Shown here piece after piece: positions 9,034-19,677 of a DNA stretch of 42,574 nt. Position 1 is the stretch's first letter. The number at the start of each line of letters is the position of its first letter. A program made the translations under genes and the position numbers. The notes under the pieces were generated by a model. That model had not been told where the DNA came from. It saw only the letters and a list, made by a program, of their open reading frames with translations, and ran no database searches. This DNA is from Bdellovibrionota bacterium (lineage in GTDB: Bacteria > Bdellovibrionota_C > UBA2361 > JBGSMV01), in assembly GCA_041739995.1 (NCBI GenBank), contig JBGSMV010000023.1:1-42574 (forward strand), in the 5' to 3' direction.

Positions 9034-9286
9034 TTCAAACCATTCCTCAATCAACTTCCGTATCGCCGAATACGCTCATCCCGTGGATTCGACCCAGGGA
9101 ATGCGGCGCTGTGTGTCGCGCTCTCGACGCTTTTACCCCCTCCTTGTCGGCATTGCGGGAAACAAGTTTCCTGCCCTTTGAAAGAACTGCGGATTTGGCC
9201 CAAATCCTGCAAAACAAGGCTCTGTAATCTAAGTTTCAGAGCGAACAGGCGTCAGACCGTCGCTGGCGAGCGCCCTAGAGAGCGAT

Positions 9287-10081
9287 ATGGCAAAAAAGTC
9301 CAACTCAAAGGAAGAAACTGCCTCTGCGGTTGACCCTACAGACATCTGGGGAAGGGTCCCGCCTGAGGAAAAGTTTGAAATTCTTGCCAAAGCGCAAGCA
9401 CGCGGAGTTGGTGCCGCGGTGGTCGTCGCCATTGTCGGCTGCACGCTGGCCGTCGGGTTCAAATTTGACTGGCTTATGTGGGGCGCCCTGCTCGTCTCCC
9501 CGCTGATCTATCAGTTCGTAGCGGGCAAGGCTTGGCGCGATCTAAAGCCACCTGTCATTCTGGAATATCTCGCCGCCCGATCCGCCACGCGGCGTTTCGC
9601 CTTCACCACAAAGTCCCAAGACCTCTACCTACATCTGATGTTCCGCGGAGACGTCGAGAAACTACCAAGCAATGACCTGGGAGAAGCTCTTGAAGATACC
9701 ATTCCCGTAGGAACGAAAACACCGGTGTGGATAGGCCTCTTTACCGATTGCGTGGTCCTCATTCGAGAGGAAATAGGTGGAGCCGTTTGTGTTATGTCGC
9801 ACCTCCTCGACGAAAAACTCACCATCAGAGGCGAAAGCCCCGAGTCCGATCGCGAATACTCGAATGATCGCCAGGTGCTGCTTTCCTATACCTCAAAAAA
9901 GGGCGTCGGTAATCGATACCGAGTAACCAGCAGGTTTCCGGCCGCACTTATCGTTTTTGAGCGCAAGGCTCTCACTCTACAAGAGGAAAATTCGGCTAAG
10001 GGTTTTGTTGTGCCCGACGCAATCGTCGCGGCCCTCTCTGAGGGCGACGACTTTCCGTCTTCCGCCTCATGGGAAAGCTAA
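9287..10081 (+). CDS. Hypothetical membrane protein (2 TM helices)
   Basis: 264 aa ORF with a purine-rich RBS-like stretch, two adjacent hydrophobic helices, then a soluble beta-rich region. No family recognised. Confidence 0.7.
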   Translation: MAKKSNSKEETASAVDPTDIWGRVPPEEKFEILAKAQARGVGAAVVVAIVGCTLAVGFKFDWLMWGALLVSPLIYQFVAGKAWRDLKPPVILEYLAARSATRRFAFTTKSQDLYLHLMFRGDVEKLPSNDLGEALEDTIPVGTKTPVWIGLFTDCVVLIREEIGGAVCVMSHLLDEKLTIRGESPESDREYSNDRQVLLSYTSKKGVGNRYRVTSRFPAALIVFERKALTLQEENSAKGFVVPDAIVAALSEGDDFPSSASWES

Positions 10082-10165
10082 GCAAAAAACCTCTGAATTC
10101 GGGCGAGGATAGGCGTTAGAACAACTTCCGGTTCTTAGCCTAACCTGCAACAATACGCAGGAATA

Positions 10166-11470
10166 ATGAAACGTGTTCTGAGCGGGTTGGGCAGAGCCCA
10201 TTCCTTTATGCTGGCCTATTTAGTGGCCAGTTTAGCGACGCCTTTACAGGCCAAGCTCGAGACCAGTCATAACTACATGTCGAACTACCTGATGATAACC
10301 CCACGCCGACTTCTCTGCTTCGCTGCGATTCTAAGCACCATCGGATTTTCGTTCCCCGACAATCATGCCTGGGGTAACCCGCCAAAGGCTCAAACCTCCC
10401 AGGTATTACTCACATTCAGCAACCCGAACGAGATTGTGCGAGGTCTTAAGCTCAGCGAATCGGACGAGCGCATCGAGCTTCAAATCGACTCAACCGTCGC
10501 TTCTAGCGCCACCGTCTTCAGCGTTCCAGACCCGGCACGTGTCGTGGTGGATCTCGCAATCAAAAGCTCAGATGTAGCTGCAGTCAAAAAAAGCTCGCTT
10601 CGAAGACCGCGCAACCTACCCATCACAAAGGGGACATGCTGCGAGGCCGTACGCATTGCAGCGCATCAAGATAAGATTCGCATCGTGCTAGACCTTCGAG
10701 GCGATCAAAAACTTGCACTCGCTTCAACTAAATCCAGCAACCGGGTCGTTGCGACTCTTTCACACACTGCGGTTCTTCGCGAAGTCCCTCCTGCACCGAC
10801 CGCAACAACTGCAGCTCAAAAACCTGCCATAATCTCGGCCACTAGAAATCTTCAAGAAGAGGCACTCGACGCTACGCCTTCTGCTTCCTCTCAGTCGGCT
10901 TCCTCTCAATCGGCTTCCTCTCAGTCGGCTGCAGTTGAGCCCTCTTTTTCACCGCACTCTCTTTCTGAACGCGCTATTTCTGAGGCCTCTGTCTCTCAAA
11001 GCTCTTCGTCTCAGTCGTCCTCCGCTCATTTTTCGTCATCTCACGGTTCTGAGAGCTCCGGTTCCATTTCCAGCCCCATTGCCGGTTCCGCTGTAACACT
11101 AGTTCCTGAAACCTCGATTCAGCCCAGAGTCCCGGCACTTACCAGCATTCAGTTCTCTCTCGATACGCCAGAGGCTGCCACAAAGGGTAAATACGTGAGA
11201 TTGATCACGAATCACCGACCGCAGTACCAGCTAGAGAAGAAGGACAAAAAGACTTACCGATTGCGAATCAACTCCTGTTCACTCGCCGTGAAAGGCGCAG
11301 TGAATGGCGTGGGGCTCCCGTATTTTCCACCGCAGGATTTCGAGGGCGTAAACATGATACTGGCGAGCCAAAAAGGCTCTGATGTCATTGTGGAGATTTC
11401 GGTCGACCCGCAGTTTCGAGTGACTGCGATACCAGGAGATGACGAGATTCAGGTGCTCGCTACTCGTTAA
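10166..11470 (+). CDS. AMIN domain-containing exported protein with Ser-rich linker
   Basis: 'VFSVPDPARVVVDL...AVRIAAHQDKIRIVLDL' is an AMIN signature. A second AMIN-like C-terminal domain follows an S/A/P-rich linker. True start is probably downstream (MSNY/MITP), just before the signal-like segment. Confidence 0.75.
   Translation: MKRVLSGLGRAHSFMLAYLVASLATPLQAKLETSHNYMSNYLMITPRRLLCFAAILSTIGFSFPDNHAWGNPPKAQTSQVLLTFSNPNEIVRGLKLSESDERIELQIDSTVASSATVFSVPDPARVVVDLAIKSSDVAAVKKSSLRRPRNLPITKGTCCEAVRIAAHQDKIRIVLDLRGDQKLALASTKSSNRVVATLSHTAVLREVPPAPTATTAAQKPAIISATRNLQEEALDATPSASSQSASSQSASSQSAAVEPSFSPHSLSERAISEASVSQSSSSQSSSAHFSSSHGSESSGSISSPIAGSAVTLVPETSIQPRVPALTSIQFSLDTPEAATKGKYVRLITNHRPQYQLEKKDKKTYRLRINSCSLAVKGAVNGVGLPYFPPQDFEGVNMILASQKGSDVIVEISVDPQFRVTAIPGDDEIQVLATR
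10883..10930 (+). repeat. 15-bp tandem repeat x3.2 (GCTTCCTCTCAGTCG; encodes ASSQS)
   Basis: Directly visible in-frame repeat in the AMIN protein linker; one mismatch in the middle copy. Confidence 0.9.
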
Positions 11471-11511
11471 CACCCTTGGCCGTTAAGCGGTAGCGTTTGT
11501 ACAGACTTGGT

Positions 11512-14199
11512 CTAAGCCCACTCATCCAAAAGCGCCGCAACCAAACCCGTCCACCCCGTCTGGTGACTGGCACCTAAACCTGCACCGTTATCGGCATGGA
11601 AGTATTCATAAAACAAAAGATTATCTCGCCAATGCGGATCGTTCTGAAACTTCTCGGAGCCACCGAACACCGGTCGTCGACCATTTGAATCGCGCTCAAA
11701 AATGGTCGTCAAGCCAAGCGCTACCTCACGGGCCATTGCGGTGAAAGTCAAAGAACGCCCACGAAGCGGCACGCGGTAATCAGGGCCGTAGGCATTGCCC
11801 AAACGCCGCAGTGACTCAATCAGAAGAAAATTAGTGGGGAACCAGATTGGGCCCCTCCAATTAGAGTTTCCACCCTTAATCTTACAATCAGACTCCGCTG
11901 GTTCATAACGAACTGAGGCATCTCCGAAACGAAATGGCTGCTCCTCGTGAAAGCGCGATAGACTACGAATTCCGTGCGGGGACAAGAACTCGGATTGATC
12001 AAACATTACTTGAAGCACTCGGATAAGCTGCTGCTCGTCCAGAATCGTGAGTACGAAAGCGTCGCCGTCACTACGCTTTTGCGTCCAGCAACAACGCTGA
12101 GCTTGTTCTTGTCGGTTATTCAAGAACCATTCAAAGCGCTTCTTGAAATCAGGGAAAGGATCGAGCCAAGCTTTTTCAAGTCGCTCAACCGCAAACAGTG
12201 GAATGAGTCCAACCAATGAGCGGACTCGAAACTGCTGGAAGCCTCCGTCGGGGTAGCGCATTACATCATAGAAGAAGCCATCCTTCTCATCCCAGAGCGA
12301 AAGGTCCCGCCCGCCACGGTGCTTCATTGCAGCACCAATCAGTACGTAATGCTGAAAGAACTTTGTCGCGAGCCCTTCGTAAACCCGATTTTCCCGGGCA
12401 AGTTCAAGGCTTATTCGCATCATGGTAAGACAGAAAAACCCCATCCACCCGGTCGCATCTGACTGTTCAAGCTTCACTCCCTCAGGAAGCTTCTCGCTAC
12501 GATCGACCACGGTAATGTTATCAAGTCCAAGAAAACCACCCTCGAACAAGTTGTTCCCTTCAGAATCAACTTTGTTAATCCACCAGGTAAAGTTAAGCAG
12601 TAACTTGTGCAAACACTTCTCTAAGAACTCGCGATCCCCCGTGCCCTTTCGGCGCTTTTCCATGTTGTACACACGCCAAACGGCCCAGGCATGCACTGGT
12701 GGATTAAGATCTGAAAACTCCCACTCATACGCCGGAATCTGCCCGCTTGGATGCAAGAACTGCTCGAAAAGCAGGAGCCAAAGCTGTTCCTTAGCAAATT
12801 CAAAATCGACCAGCGCAAGTGGCACCGCATGAAAGGCCAAGTCCCATGCAGCAAACCAGGGGTATTCCCATTTATCCGGCATGGACAAAATGCGGTTGGA
12901 GTTCAGGTGCTTCCAATGCTTGTTCCTAATGTCCCCACGCCCTGCCGGAGGAGGGTTGCTAGGATTATCTCCCTTGAGCCACAAATTCACATCGAAGATG
13001 TAGGCCTGCTTAGTCCACAACATTCCCGCCAATGCCTGACGCTGCACCAACTTCTGATCTTGGGTTAAGCCTGGCCTGTGTACCGTCTCGTAGAAGGCAT
13101 CGGCCTCTTCACGGCGCTTCTCTACTACCTTGGAGACTTCTGCCAAGTTCGGCTTAGTCGCACTGCGGTTTAACCTAAGCGGCAATACCACCTGCTCTCC
13201 AGGAGCTAACTCCGTTCGATAAGACAGTCCGGCCTTAGTGCCTTGATTATCGGGGTTGATGGTAGCCGCTCCGCGTATCAGATACTCATGGAATCCATCT
13301 TTCACGAACGGTTTGCGATTCTCGCCCGAACCATAAACGCGAGGAACATTACTCTCATTGTAGGTGAACAGTGCTTCCACCTCGCCCGCACCGATAGACG
13401 GTGCGGCGTGCAAAAACCATTCTCCAAGTTCGTACTCAAAAGGAAGATTCGTGAGCAGCTTGGCGTCCTTGTCAGTAGCGAGCAGCGAGAGCGCAGATTT
13501 GGTGCGCGATGATACGCTGATAGAAGGCTCTTTCTGTTCTGTGCCGTCCCAGCTCCAGGTATTGCGAAACCAAAGTTGCGGGAGAATAAGCAATGGCGCT
13601 GACTCTGGTCCTCTATTGGTAACGCTTATCAAAACGCATAAATCATCGAACGAAGATTTGGCGTACTCGACGTACACATCAAAGTAGCGGTCTTCGGAAA
13701 AGATACCTGTATCAAGAAGCTCGTACTCAAACCCCTTTCCGCCACGATTCTGATTCTCCCGCACTAAATCTTCGTACGGAAACTTTGCATGCGGATACTT
13801 GTAGAGGTAGCGCATGTAGGAGTGCGTCGGTGTGCTATCAAGATAGAAATAATATTCCTTTACGTCCTCGCCGTGATTTCCTTCAGCAGGGACTACACCG
13901 AAAAGGCGCTCCTTTAGAATCGCGTCCTGCCCGTTCCATAGTCCAAGCGAAAAACATAAGAGTTGAAAGCGATCGGAGATACCGGCCAGACCATCTTCGC
14001 CCCAGCGATAGCTTTTCGAACGAGCAAGATCGTGCGGTAAATATCCCCAAGCGTCTCCAGCGGCGCTATAGTCCTCACGCACGGTTCCCCAGGAGCGCTC
14101 ACTTAGGTATGGGCCCCACTTCTTCCAGTAGACGCCTTCCTCCTCTTCACTAAGCCGCTTTTGCTCGGCAGTGATAGCCTTCTTTGTCGTACCTTTCAT
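11512..14199 (-). CDS. MGH1-like glycoside hydrolase family 63 (glucosidase)
   Basis: '[21 protein letters not shown]', '[22 protein letters not shown]', '[19 protein letters not shown]', '[12 protein letters not shown]', '[23 protein letters not shown]'. Start at MKGTT (track start 14256). Confidence 0.93.
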   Translation of the reverse strand: MKGTTKKAITAEQKRLSEEEEGVYWKKWGPYLSERSWGTVREDYSAAGDAWGYLPHDLARSKSYRWGEDGLAGISDRFQLLCFSLGLWNGQDAILKERLFGVVPAEGNHGEDVKEYYFYLDSTPTHSYMRYLYKYPHAKFPYEDLVRENQNRGGKGFEYELLDTGIFSEDRYFDVYVEYAKSSFDDLCVLISVTNRGPESAPLLILPQLWFRNTWSWDGTEQKEPSISVSSRTKSALSLLATDKDAKLLTNLPFEYELGEWFLHAAPSIGAGEVEALFTYNESNVPRVYGSGENRKPFVKDGFHEYLIRGAATINPDNQGTKAGLSYRTELAPGEQVVLPLRLNRSATKPNLAEVSKVVEKRREEADAFYETVHRPGLTQDQKLVQRQALAGMLWTKQAYIFDVNLWLKGDNPSNPPPAGRGDIRNKHWKHLNSNRILSMPDKWEYPWFAAWDLAFHAVPLALVDFEFAKEQLWLLLFEQFLHPSGQIPAYEWEFSDLNPPVHAWAVWRVYNMEKRRKGTGDREFLEKCLHKLLLNFTWWINKVDSEGNNLFEGGFLGLDNITVVDRSEKLPEGVKLEQSDATGWMGFFCLTMMRISLELARENRVYEGLATKFFQHYVLIGAAMKHRGGRDLSLWDEKDGFFYDVMRYPDGGFQQFRVRSLVGLIPLFAVERLEKAWLDPFPDFKKRFEWFLNNRQEQAQRCCWTQKRSDGDAFVLTILDEQQLIRVLQVMFDQSEFLSPHGIRSLSRFHEEQPFRFGDASVRYEPAESDCKIKGGNSNWRGPIWFPTNFLLIESLRRLGNAYGPDYRVPLRGRSLTFTAMAREVALGLTTIFERDSNGRRPVFGGSEKFQNDPHWRDNLLFYEYFHADNGAGLGASHQTGWTGLVAALLDEWA

Positions 14200-14338
14200 G
14201 GGCCTAGGTCCTATGCTCGATTGAGCGCACTCAAAAGTTCTCCACGCGCAGCGCACGATACCCTGTGAGAGTTGAAGTTCAAGTGCAAATTTGCTGTATG
14301 CGAGCTGTGCCCAGTTTTATCAGGAAAACTCAGGAGTG

Positions 14339-15091
14339 CTAATAGTGAAACGTAGCCGCTAAAGGCGCATGGTCCGACAAGGCATTCCATGGTCGCCCTT
14401 TGAGCACGCGCGCCTGGTGCAGACTCATGTTCTTGAAGTAAATGCGGTCGAGCTTAAGCAACGGGTAGGCACTCGGGAAGGTCAAAGCGTGCTTTCCAGA
14501 CGAACCAAAAAATACTTCTTCAAGATTGCTCTCTCTAATCAAGCGTCCACTGGCTCGCTCCGTCCAATCATTAAAGTCACCTGCAACGAGCACTAGGTCA
14601 TCAGCCTCGGTACGCTCGTTTAAAAGGGTGACGAGTCGACCAATCTGAATCTCTCTGCCGCGCTTCGTGAGCCCGAAATGGATGCAGAAGGCGTGTAGGT
14701 GCTTGCGCGAGCCTGGAAGGTCCAGCTTGGTGTGTAAAATTCCGCGCCTCTCAAACCTATGAGTCGATACATCATCATTGCGCCACTCACGCACCTCGAA
14801 TCGACTGAGCAACCCATTGCCGTGATGTCCATGGAGCGAAGAGCTGTTTTGTCCGTAGGTAGCGAAGGGCCATCCGTCTTGAGCGATAAACTCGAGCTGA
14901 GGCAGCGCTGGCCAGTTAACAATCCGCTGAGAGTGCCTACGATGAGCACCTAATACTTCCTGAAGGAATACCAAGTCGGGACTTTCCGCATGTAGCGCTT
15001 GGCGAATTTTCTCAAGCGTAAAACCGCGCCCACTGGGAGAGAATCCTTTGTGGATATTGTAGGTAAGGACTGAGAGTTCTCGTGACGCCAT
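14339..15091 (-). CDS. Endonuclease/exonuclease/phosphatase family protein (YbhP-like)
   Basis: 'LTYNIHKG', 'DLVFLQEV', 'GHHGNGLLSRF', 'AGDFNDW', 'TFPS..P...LDRIY', 'LSDHAPL'. Adjacent to clsB, as ybhP is in enterobacteria. Confidence 0.9.
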   Translation of the reverse strand: MASRELSVLTYNIHKGFSPSGRGFTLEKIRQALHAESPDLVFLQEVLGAHRRHSQRIVNWPALPQLEFIAQDGWPFATYGQNSSSLHGHHGNGLLSRFEVREWRNDDVSTHRFERRGILHTKLDLPGSRKHLHAFCIHFGLTKRGREIQIGRLVTLLNERTEADDLVLVAGDFNDWTERASGRLIRESNLEEVFFGSSGKHALTFPSAYPLLKLDRIYFKNMSLHQARVLKGRPWNALSDHAPLAATFHY

Positions 15092-15136
15092 ACGTGCTTT
15101 TATGTTGGGTGCGAATTAGTTCGTTGACTTTCGACT

Positions 15137-16372
15137 CTACAAGAACACGCGGAAAAGCAACACAAGCCGGCTTAATAGCCGCCTCCACAGCGGCCGTGCG
15201 TGACAATCCGCTATCGTAATTTCGTGACTGTATGATTGATCAATTAAAAATTGCTCGGCGAGCGCAGCAAGCGAGGCGTCCTTAGAAAGAAGTACATCCA
15301 CCTCAAGGTCATGAAGGATACTGCGGTGATTCATGTTGCTTGACCCCACCAGCGCCCAAGTCTCACCAAGAGTAGTTTTTGCATGCAATACTCTGGGCTG
15401 ATACTGAAAGACTTTGGCGCCAGCCTGCAGAAGAAAAAGATAAAAGGGCTCGCTCGCCCACGGCATGAAAAACACGTCTGATTGCGCCGACACCAGCAGT
15501 CTTACGTCTGCTCCGCGTACAGCAGCACGGCAAAGTTGCTTTAGTAATTTCCGCGGAGGCACAAAGTACGGAGTCGTTATCCACAATCTCCCTCGCGCTT
15601 GCTCCACCAGAGAAAGTAGCATGCGATGGTGGTTACGCCGCTGATACCGCGTGGTGTTCGCAAGAACCCCGCCTGACCTATCTGGCACCGGCAACTTCTC
15701 GCGCTTCATTCCCTGACCGATTCGCCTTCCAACTCGCCTTCTAATCTGCGCTAGCCGACCCTCCCAATGCTGGGTGAACGTGAGTGCCAGCGTTTCTACT
15801 CCCCGCCCCTCCACACACACCGCCGTGTCTCTCCAAGCCTTCGCTCCTTGCGAACGCTCCAACTGGAAATTCCAAATATTCATTCCCCCTAAGAAAGCGC
15901 GCAGCCCGTCAAACAAAAACAACTTGCGATGGTTTCGTTGATTCATCCGTCGCATCAGATGCAACAGCGACATTCGCTTTTCCCCCGGTTGCTTTGAGCT
16001 GAGAAGACGCTCCCAAAACGGCTCATGAAATACTCGCGTTTCGACCCCATTCTCAGAGAGCACTGCCCCAAGTGAATGTCGCCACCCAGGCGATCCGATT
16101 CCATCGACCAAAACACGCACTTTCACGCCTCGTTGCGCAGCTTCGCAAAGCAATCGGGCGACTTCTCGACCGACCTCGTCGTCTGAAAAAATGTAGCACT
16201 CAATATCTATCGACTTTTGAGCAGATTGAATTTGTTTTTCGATCGCAGAAAAATACTCGTCGCCAGAAAAAAATAGGGTTTCGGACTTCCAATCGAAGCT
16301 GCGCTCTTCTTTCGTGTCCATGGTCTCAGCGGCCGCATGCTCAGTCATGGACGTGTTCACGGTCACCATCAT
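15137..16372 (-). CDS. clsB: Cardiolipin synthase ClsB-like phospholipase D
   Basis: Two PLD motifs, RNHRKLFLFDG and LHAKTTLGE...VGSSNMNHRS, plus 'WRDTAV' and 'TPYFVP'. No N-terminal TM, which fits ClsB rather than ClsA. Confidence 0.85.
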   Translation of the reverse strand: MMVTVNTSMTEHAAAETMDTKEERSFDWKSETLFFSGDEYFSAIEKQIQSAQKSIDIECYIFSDDEVGREVARLLCEAAQRGVKVRVLVDGIGSPGWRHSLGAVLSENGVETRVFHEPFWERLLSSKQPGEKRMSLLHLMRRMNQRNHRKLFLFDGLRAFLGGMNIWNFQLERSQGAKAWRDTAVCVEGRGVETLALTFTQHWEGRLAQIRRRVGRRIGQGMKREKLPVPDRSGGVLANTTRYQRRNHHRMLLSLVEQARGRLWITTPYFVPPRKLLKQLCRAAVRGADVRLLVSAQSDVFFMPWASEPFYLFLLQAGAKVFQYQPRVLHAKTTLGETWALVGSSNMNHRSILHDLEVDVLLSKDASLAALAEQFLIDQSYSHEITIADCHARPLWRRLLSRLVLLFRVFL

Positions 16373-16374
16373 CC

Positions 16375-17031
16375 CTACTCCTGAGGATTAAGCTCCTTAG
16401 CCCGGACATACTGCAGAGCAGCAACCGAAGCTGGATCTCGCGCCTCAGCAGGCAATGCTTCCAACACCTCTCTGGCCCGCGCGTTGTCTCCAAGCAGCAT
16501 ATGAGCCGCTCCAATTTCCCTGAGGCATTCGACGGTGATTGCATCTATGCTATTGACGTTCTGATGCCGGGCTTGGTCTAAAACCTGTATGGCCTCCCGC
16601 GCACTGCCCTTTCTCAGCAGCACCTTACCCAAAAGCAGCTGAGCTTCACGACTAGTAGGCTCAAGCTGTAGTATCGCTTGCGCACTGGCGTAGACGGTTG
16701 CGATATCGTCATGGGCAAGCGCAATTTCAGCCAAGAGACGGTGCCCGCTCACCCAGTAGGGAAATCTTGTGAGTGCCCTTCTTATCCAATCTTCGGTCCT
16801 GCCCTCTCTAGCGGCATCGGCATCAACCGGACCAGGAGCCCCTGAACGAGCAGCACCTGAACGAGCATTGGCGATTGAGTTACGGATTTGATCTGCTGAA
16901 ATCTGCCGAGTACGCGACTCCTCAGTGAGGGCGCGCAATTTCCACTGAAGCTGAACAATGGCGAGGCCAATCTGACGACGGGCAGCATGAAGCAGATTTA
17001 CAAGCGGAGTAACAGGAGAGCTGGTTTTCAT
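16375..17031 (-). CDS. Tetratricopeptide repeat protein
   Basis: Helical repeats such as 'EAQLLLGKVLLRKGSAREAIQVLDQA' and 'CLREIGAAHMLLGDNARAREVLEAL'; ends 2 nt before clsB. Confidence 0.75.
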   Translation of the reverse strand: MKTSSPVTPLVNLLHAARRQIGLAIVQLQWKLRALTEESRTRQISADQIRNSIANARSGAARSGAPGPVDADAAREGRTEDWIRRALTRFPYWVSGHRLLAEIALAHDDIATVYASAQAILQLEPTSREAQLLLGKVLLRKGSAREAIQVLDQARHQNVNSIDAITVECLREIGAAHMLLGDNARAREVLEALPAEARDPASVAALQYVRAKELNPQE

Positions 17032-17061
17032 TAGTCAGCCCTTACCCTTTATGAGCAGCTC

Positions 17062-17361
17062 TTAATGACCAGCGCTATGCGCGTCATGATGACTCTGCGT
17101 ACGCCCCGCTGCTAGAACCGCAGGTACCGCAGGTTCACGAAGAACAGGATGTCCACCTTGTCGGGGATCAACGGCGCCAGAGGGAATAGAAGCTTGAGAG
17201 GTGCGGAGCTCTAGTAGAGTTCGTCCGAGATCTTTTTCTCGCGTAGAATTAGAAAGAGTTGTATCAGCCCAAGCCACAAAGGCAGTGACCAGCACGGCAG
17301 CAAAGCCTGCGCCTAAAAGCCACCGAATACCGTCACTATGTTCACGTTCAATCGCTTCCAT
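17062..17361 (-). CDS. Small hypothetical single-TM protein
   Basis: GAGG RBS before ATG 17361; hydrophobic helix WLLGAGFAAVLVTAFVAWA; His-rich C-terminus; same strand as neighbours. Confidence 0.6.
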   Translation of the reverse strand: MEAIEREHSDGIRWLLGAGFAAVLVTAFVAWADTTLSNSTREKDLGRTLLELRTSQASIPSGAVDPRQGGHPVLREPAVPAVLAAGRTQSHHDAHSAGH

Positions 17362-17480
17362 GGCAAACCTCAATACAATATAGGGCGCTCAAATCTATTG
17401 ATTCTCTGAAATCTACGGCCAACATCTACCATACCGCCCGGCTATCAAACAACGACTATCCCAACCCGGCATTATCGGCT

Positions 17481-17500
17481 TAAAAGGCTCTTACGAGCCT
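17481..17500 (-). terminator. Putative intrinsic terminator after dcd
   Basis: Minus strand AGGCTC-GTAA-GAGCCT-TTTA (GNRA loop, short U-tail), 5 nt after the dcd stop. Confidence 0.55.
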
Positions 17501-17505
17501 ACGGC

Positions 17506-18063
17506 TCAGTCTTTTAAGATTTCGTCCTTAAAAATAGGGCGCCCGACGATGCTCTGGCTTCGGTATTTACCGGCATCATCATATTGCTCGGTGCTTGGCG
17601 TCTTTAGCTGGAACAGGGCCACCCGCGCTATCTTCATCTTCGGATAAAGCAGAATTACGTTCGGCCCATGATTGGCCAGCTCAAGAGTCACCGTCCGGCC
17701 TCTATGGCCCGGATAGACCAGCATGGCCGTCTGAACGATGGTCAGTCCGACTCGCGCCAGAGTGCTTCGGCCTTCAATCAAGAATCCTAGGGAAGGCCCC
17801 ACGGATACCTTTTGAAAAGTATGCCCAAGTAGAAACTCTCCAGGCTGCAAGGGGTACGGCTTATCATCAGTAATTAAAATCTCACTAAAGTCCGGAACTA
17901 TCTTGTTCTTCACGTCCACTAACTTGCCGGGAAGTGGCTTAAGCAAGTTCTCGCCTAAGTGCATAGTGACACTGGCTGCTCGAATCCACTCTGGTCGAAA
18001 GGGATCTACCACCAGCTCTCCAGACTGAATCGCCGCCTTGATATCTTCATTTGAAAACATCAT
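17506..18063 (-). CDS. dcd: dCTP deaminase
   Basis: 'LQPGEFLLGHT', 'EGRSTLARVGL', 'PGHRGRTVTLELAN', 'LYPKMKIA', 'GKYRSQ'; dUTPase-like trimeric fold family. Confidence 0.88.
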   Translation of the reverse strand: MMFSNEDIKAAIQSGELVVDPFRPEWIRAASVTMHLGENLLKPLPGKLVDVKNKIVPDFSEILITDDKPYPLQPGEFLLGHTFQKVSVGPSLGFLIEGRSTLARVGLTIVQTAMLVYPGHRGRTVTLELANHGPNVILLYPKMKIARVALFQLKTPSTEQYDDAGKYRSQSIVGRPIFKDEILKD

Positions 18064-18117
18064 AAACTCTCTACCTCTCCTAATCCCTTACTCTGAAATC
18101 AAAAATTGCTGAGCCAC

Positions 18118-19662
18118 CTACGATGGCAAAAGCTCGGTTTGTTTTTTCCCACAATCAGACGGAGTGCCAATCGGATAATTCCCCGTAAAGCAGGCGTCGC
18201 AAAAGCGCTTTCGTGGGGGCTCGCCTGGGGCTCCAGCTTCGTGCTTTTTCGCTGCGTTCTCTGGGTCGCCTCCATGAATGGCTCTATACATTCCTTCCAC
18301 GCTTAAGTACGCGATTGAATCTACCTCAAGGAAATCTTTGATTTCGCTCAATGATAGCCGCGAAGCCACAAGCTCCTCTTTCTGCGGTGTATCAATTCCA
18401 TAATAACAAGGGTCAATGGTCGGCGGCGCAGAGATGCGCATGTGCACTTCTTTGGCCCCCGCCCGACGAAACATTGCCACCAGCTTGCGCGAGGTAGTGC
18501 CACGCACAATCGAGTCATCAACCACCACTATCGATTTTCCACGCAGAACTTCGGCGTTCGCATTGTGCTTGATCTTAACTCCAAAATCTCGAATCGACTG
18601 CTTTGGTTCTATGAAGGTTCGCCCCACGTAATGATTGCGGATTAGTCCTAGCTCCAAAGGAAGACCCGACTCGGATGCGTATCCCAGAGCCGCCGTCATT
18701 CCAGAATCTGGGACCGGGACAACCAAATCTGCTGCTACGGGATGCTCACGAGCAAGTTCGGCTCCGAGTCTTCGGCGCACTCCATACACGTCACGACCAA
18801 AAACTTTTGAGTCTGGTCTCGCAAAATAGACATACTCAAATACGCACGGCGTTTCTCTCACCACCCCAAACGGGAACACGCTTCGCTCGCCGCCTGAAGG
18901 CGTAAGCTCTAACAACTCGCCAGGTGCCAGCTCTCGAACATAGTCCGCTCCAATCAAGTCAAACGCACAGGTCTCCGAAGCAACAACGACCGAACCATCC
19001 AGCAGACCTACACACAGCGGACGGAATCCATTGGGGTCTCGGACCGCAAACATTCGATCTTCGAACATTATCAGCAGAGAATAAGCACCTTTGAGCCGCT
19101 GCAAAGAAGCGATAACCGCCTCTCTCACATAGGTGTCTCGGTCAGCGTGCAAGCGCGGCGCGCGCGCAAGCAAATGCAGAATCACTTCGGTATCTGCGGT
19201 GGAATTAAAAATCGCACCAGAACGAATCAGTTCGTCCTTTAATGCGTCGGAATTAATCAGGTTGCCGTTGTGGGCAATAGCCACAGGGCCGATCGAAATA
19301 TCTGCACGCAATGGCTGTACGTTAGAAAGGAGATTTCCGCCGGCAGTGGTGTAACGAACGTGCCCAATCGAGGAATCCCCAGGCAGCAGTTCAAAGTCAA
19401 AGTTTTCGAAAACATCCGCCACCAAACCCATGCCACGATGAGCATGAAGCCGACTCGGCGCGCCATCCTGACTACGAGTCCGAGAAACCACGCCAGCGCC
19501 TTCTTGTCCGCGATGTTGTTGAGCGAACAGGCCAAGATAACAAATGTTGGCAGCCTCAGGGTGCTCCCACACTCCCATCAGACCGCACTCCTCGCGGAAT
19601 CGATCCTCTCCACGATCTGCCATGCTAAGCTCGCCGCTCGAGGGCTCTTTAGATTTGCTCAT
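18118..19662 (-). CDS. purF: Amidophosphoribosyltransferase
   Basis: Propeptide then EE|CGLMG, 'QHRGQEGAG', 'GHVRYTTAG', 'HNGNLIN', 'CVFEYVYFARPDS', 'VVVDDSIVRGTTS', 'PCYYGID', 'FCDACFTGNYP'. Confidence 0.98.
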   Translation of the reverse strand: MSKSKEPSSGELSMADRGEDRFREECGLMGVWEHPEAANICYLGLFAQQHRGQEGAGVVSRTRSQDGAPSRLHAHRGMGLVADVFENFDFELLPGDSSIGHVRYTTAGGNLLSNVQPLRADISIGPVAIAHNGNLINSDALKDELIRSGAIFNSTADTEVILHLLARAPRLHADRDTYVREAVIASLQRLKGAYSLLIMFEDRMFAVRDPNGFRPLCVGLLDGSVVVASETCAFDLIGADYVRELAPGELLELTPSGGERSVFPFGVVRETPCVFEYVYFARPDSKVFGRDVYGVRRRLGAELAREHPVAADLVVPVPDSGMTAALGYASESGLPLELGLIRNHYVGRTFIEPKQSIRDFGVKIKHNANAEVLRGKSIVVVDDSIVRGTTSRKLVAMFRRAGAKEVHMRISAPPTIDPCYYGIDTPQKEELVASRLSLSEIKDFLEVDSIAYLSVEGMYRAIHGGDPENAAKKHEAGAPGEPPRKRFCDACFTGNYPIGTPSDCGKKQTELLPS

Positions 19663-19677
19663 ACGCTCATAAGACCA

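Noticed and set aside
17465..17500. Sigma-28 promoter (GCCGATAA on the minus strand)
   Set aside because: Perfect -10 box but no TAAA -35 at the proper spacing; that position is occupied by the dcd terminator hairpin.
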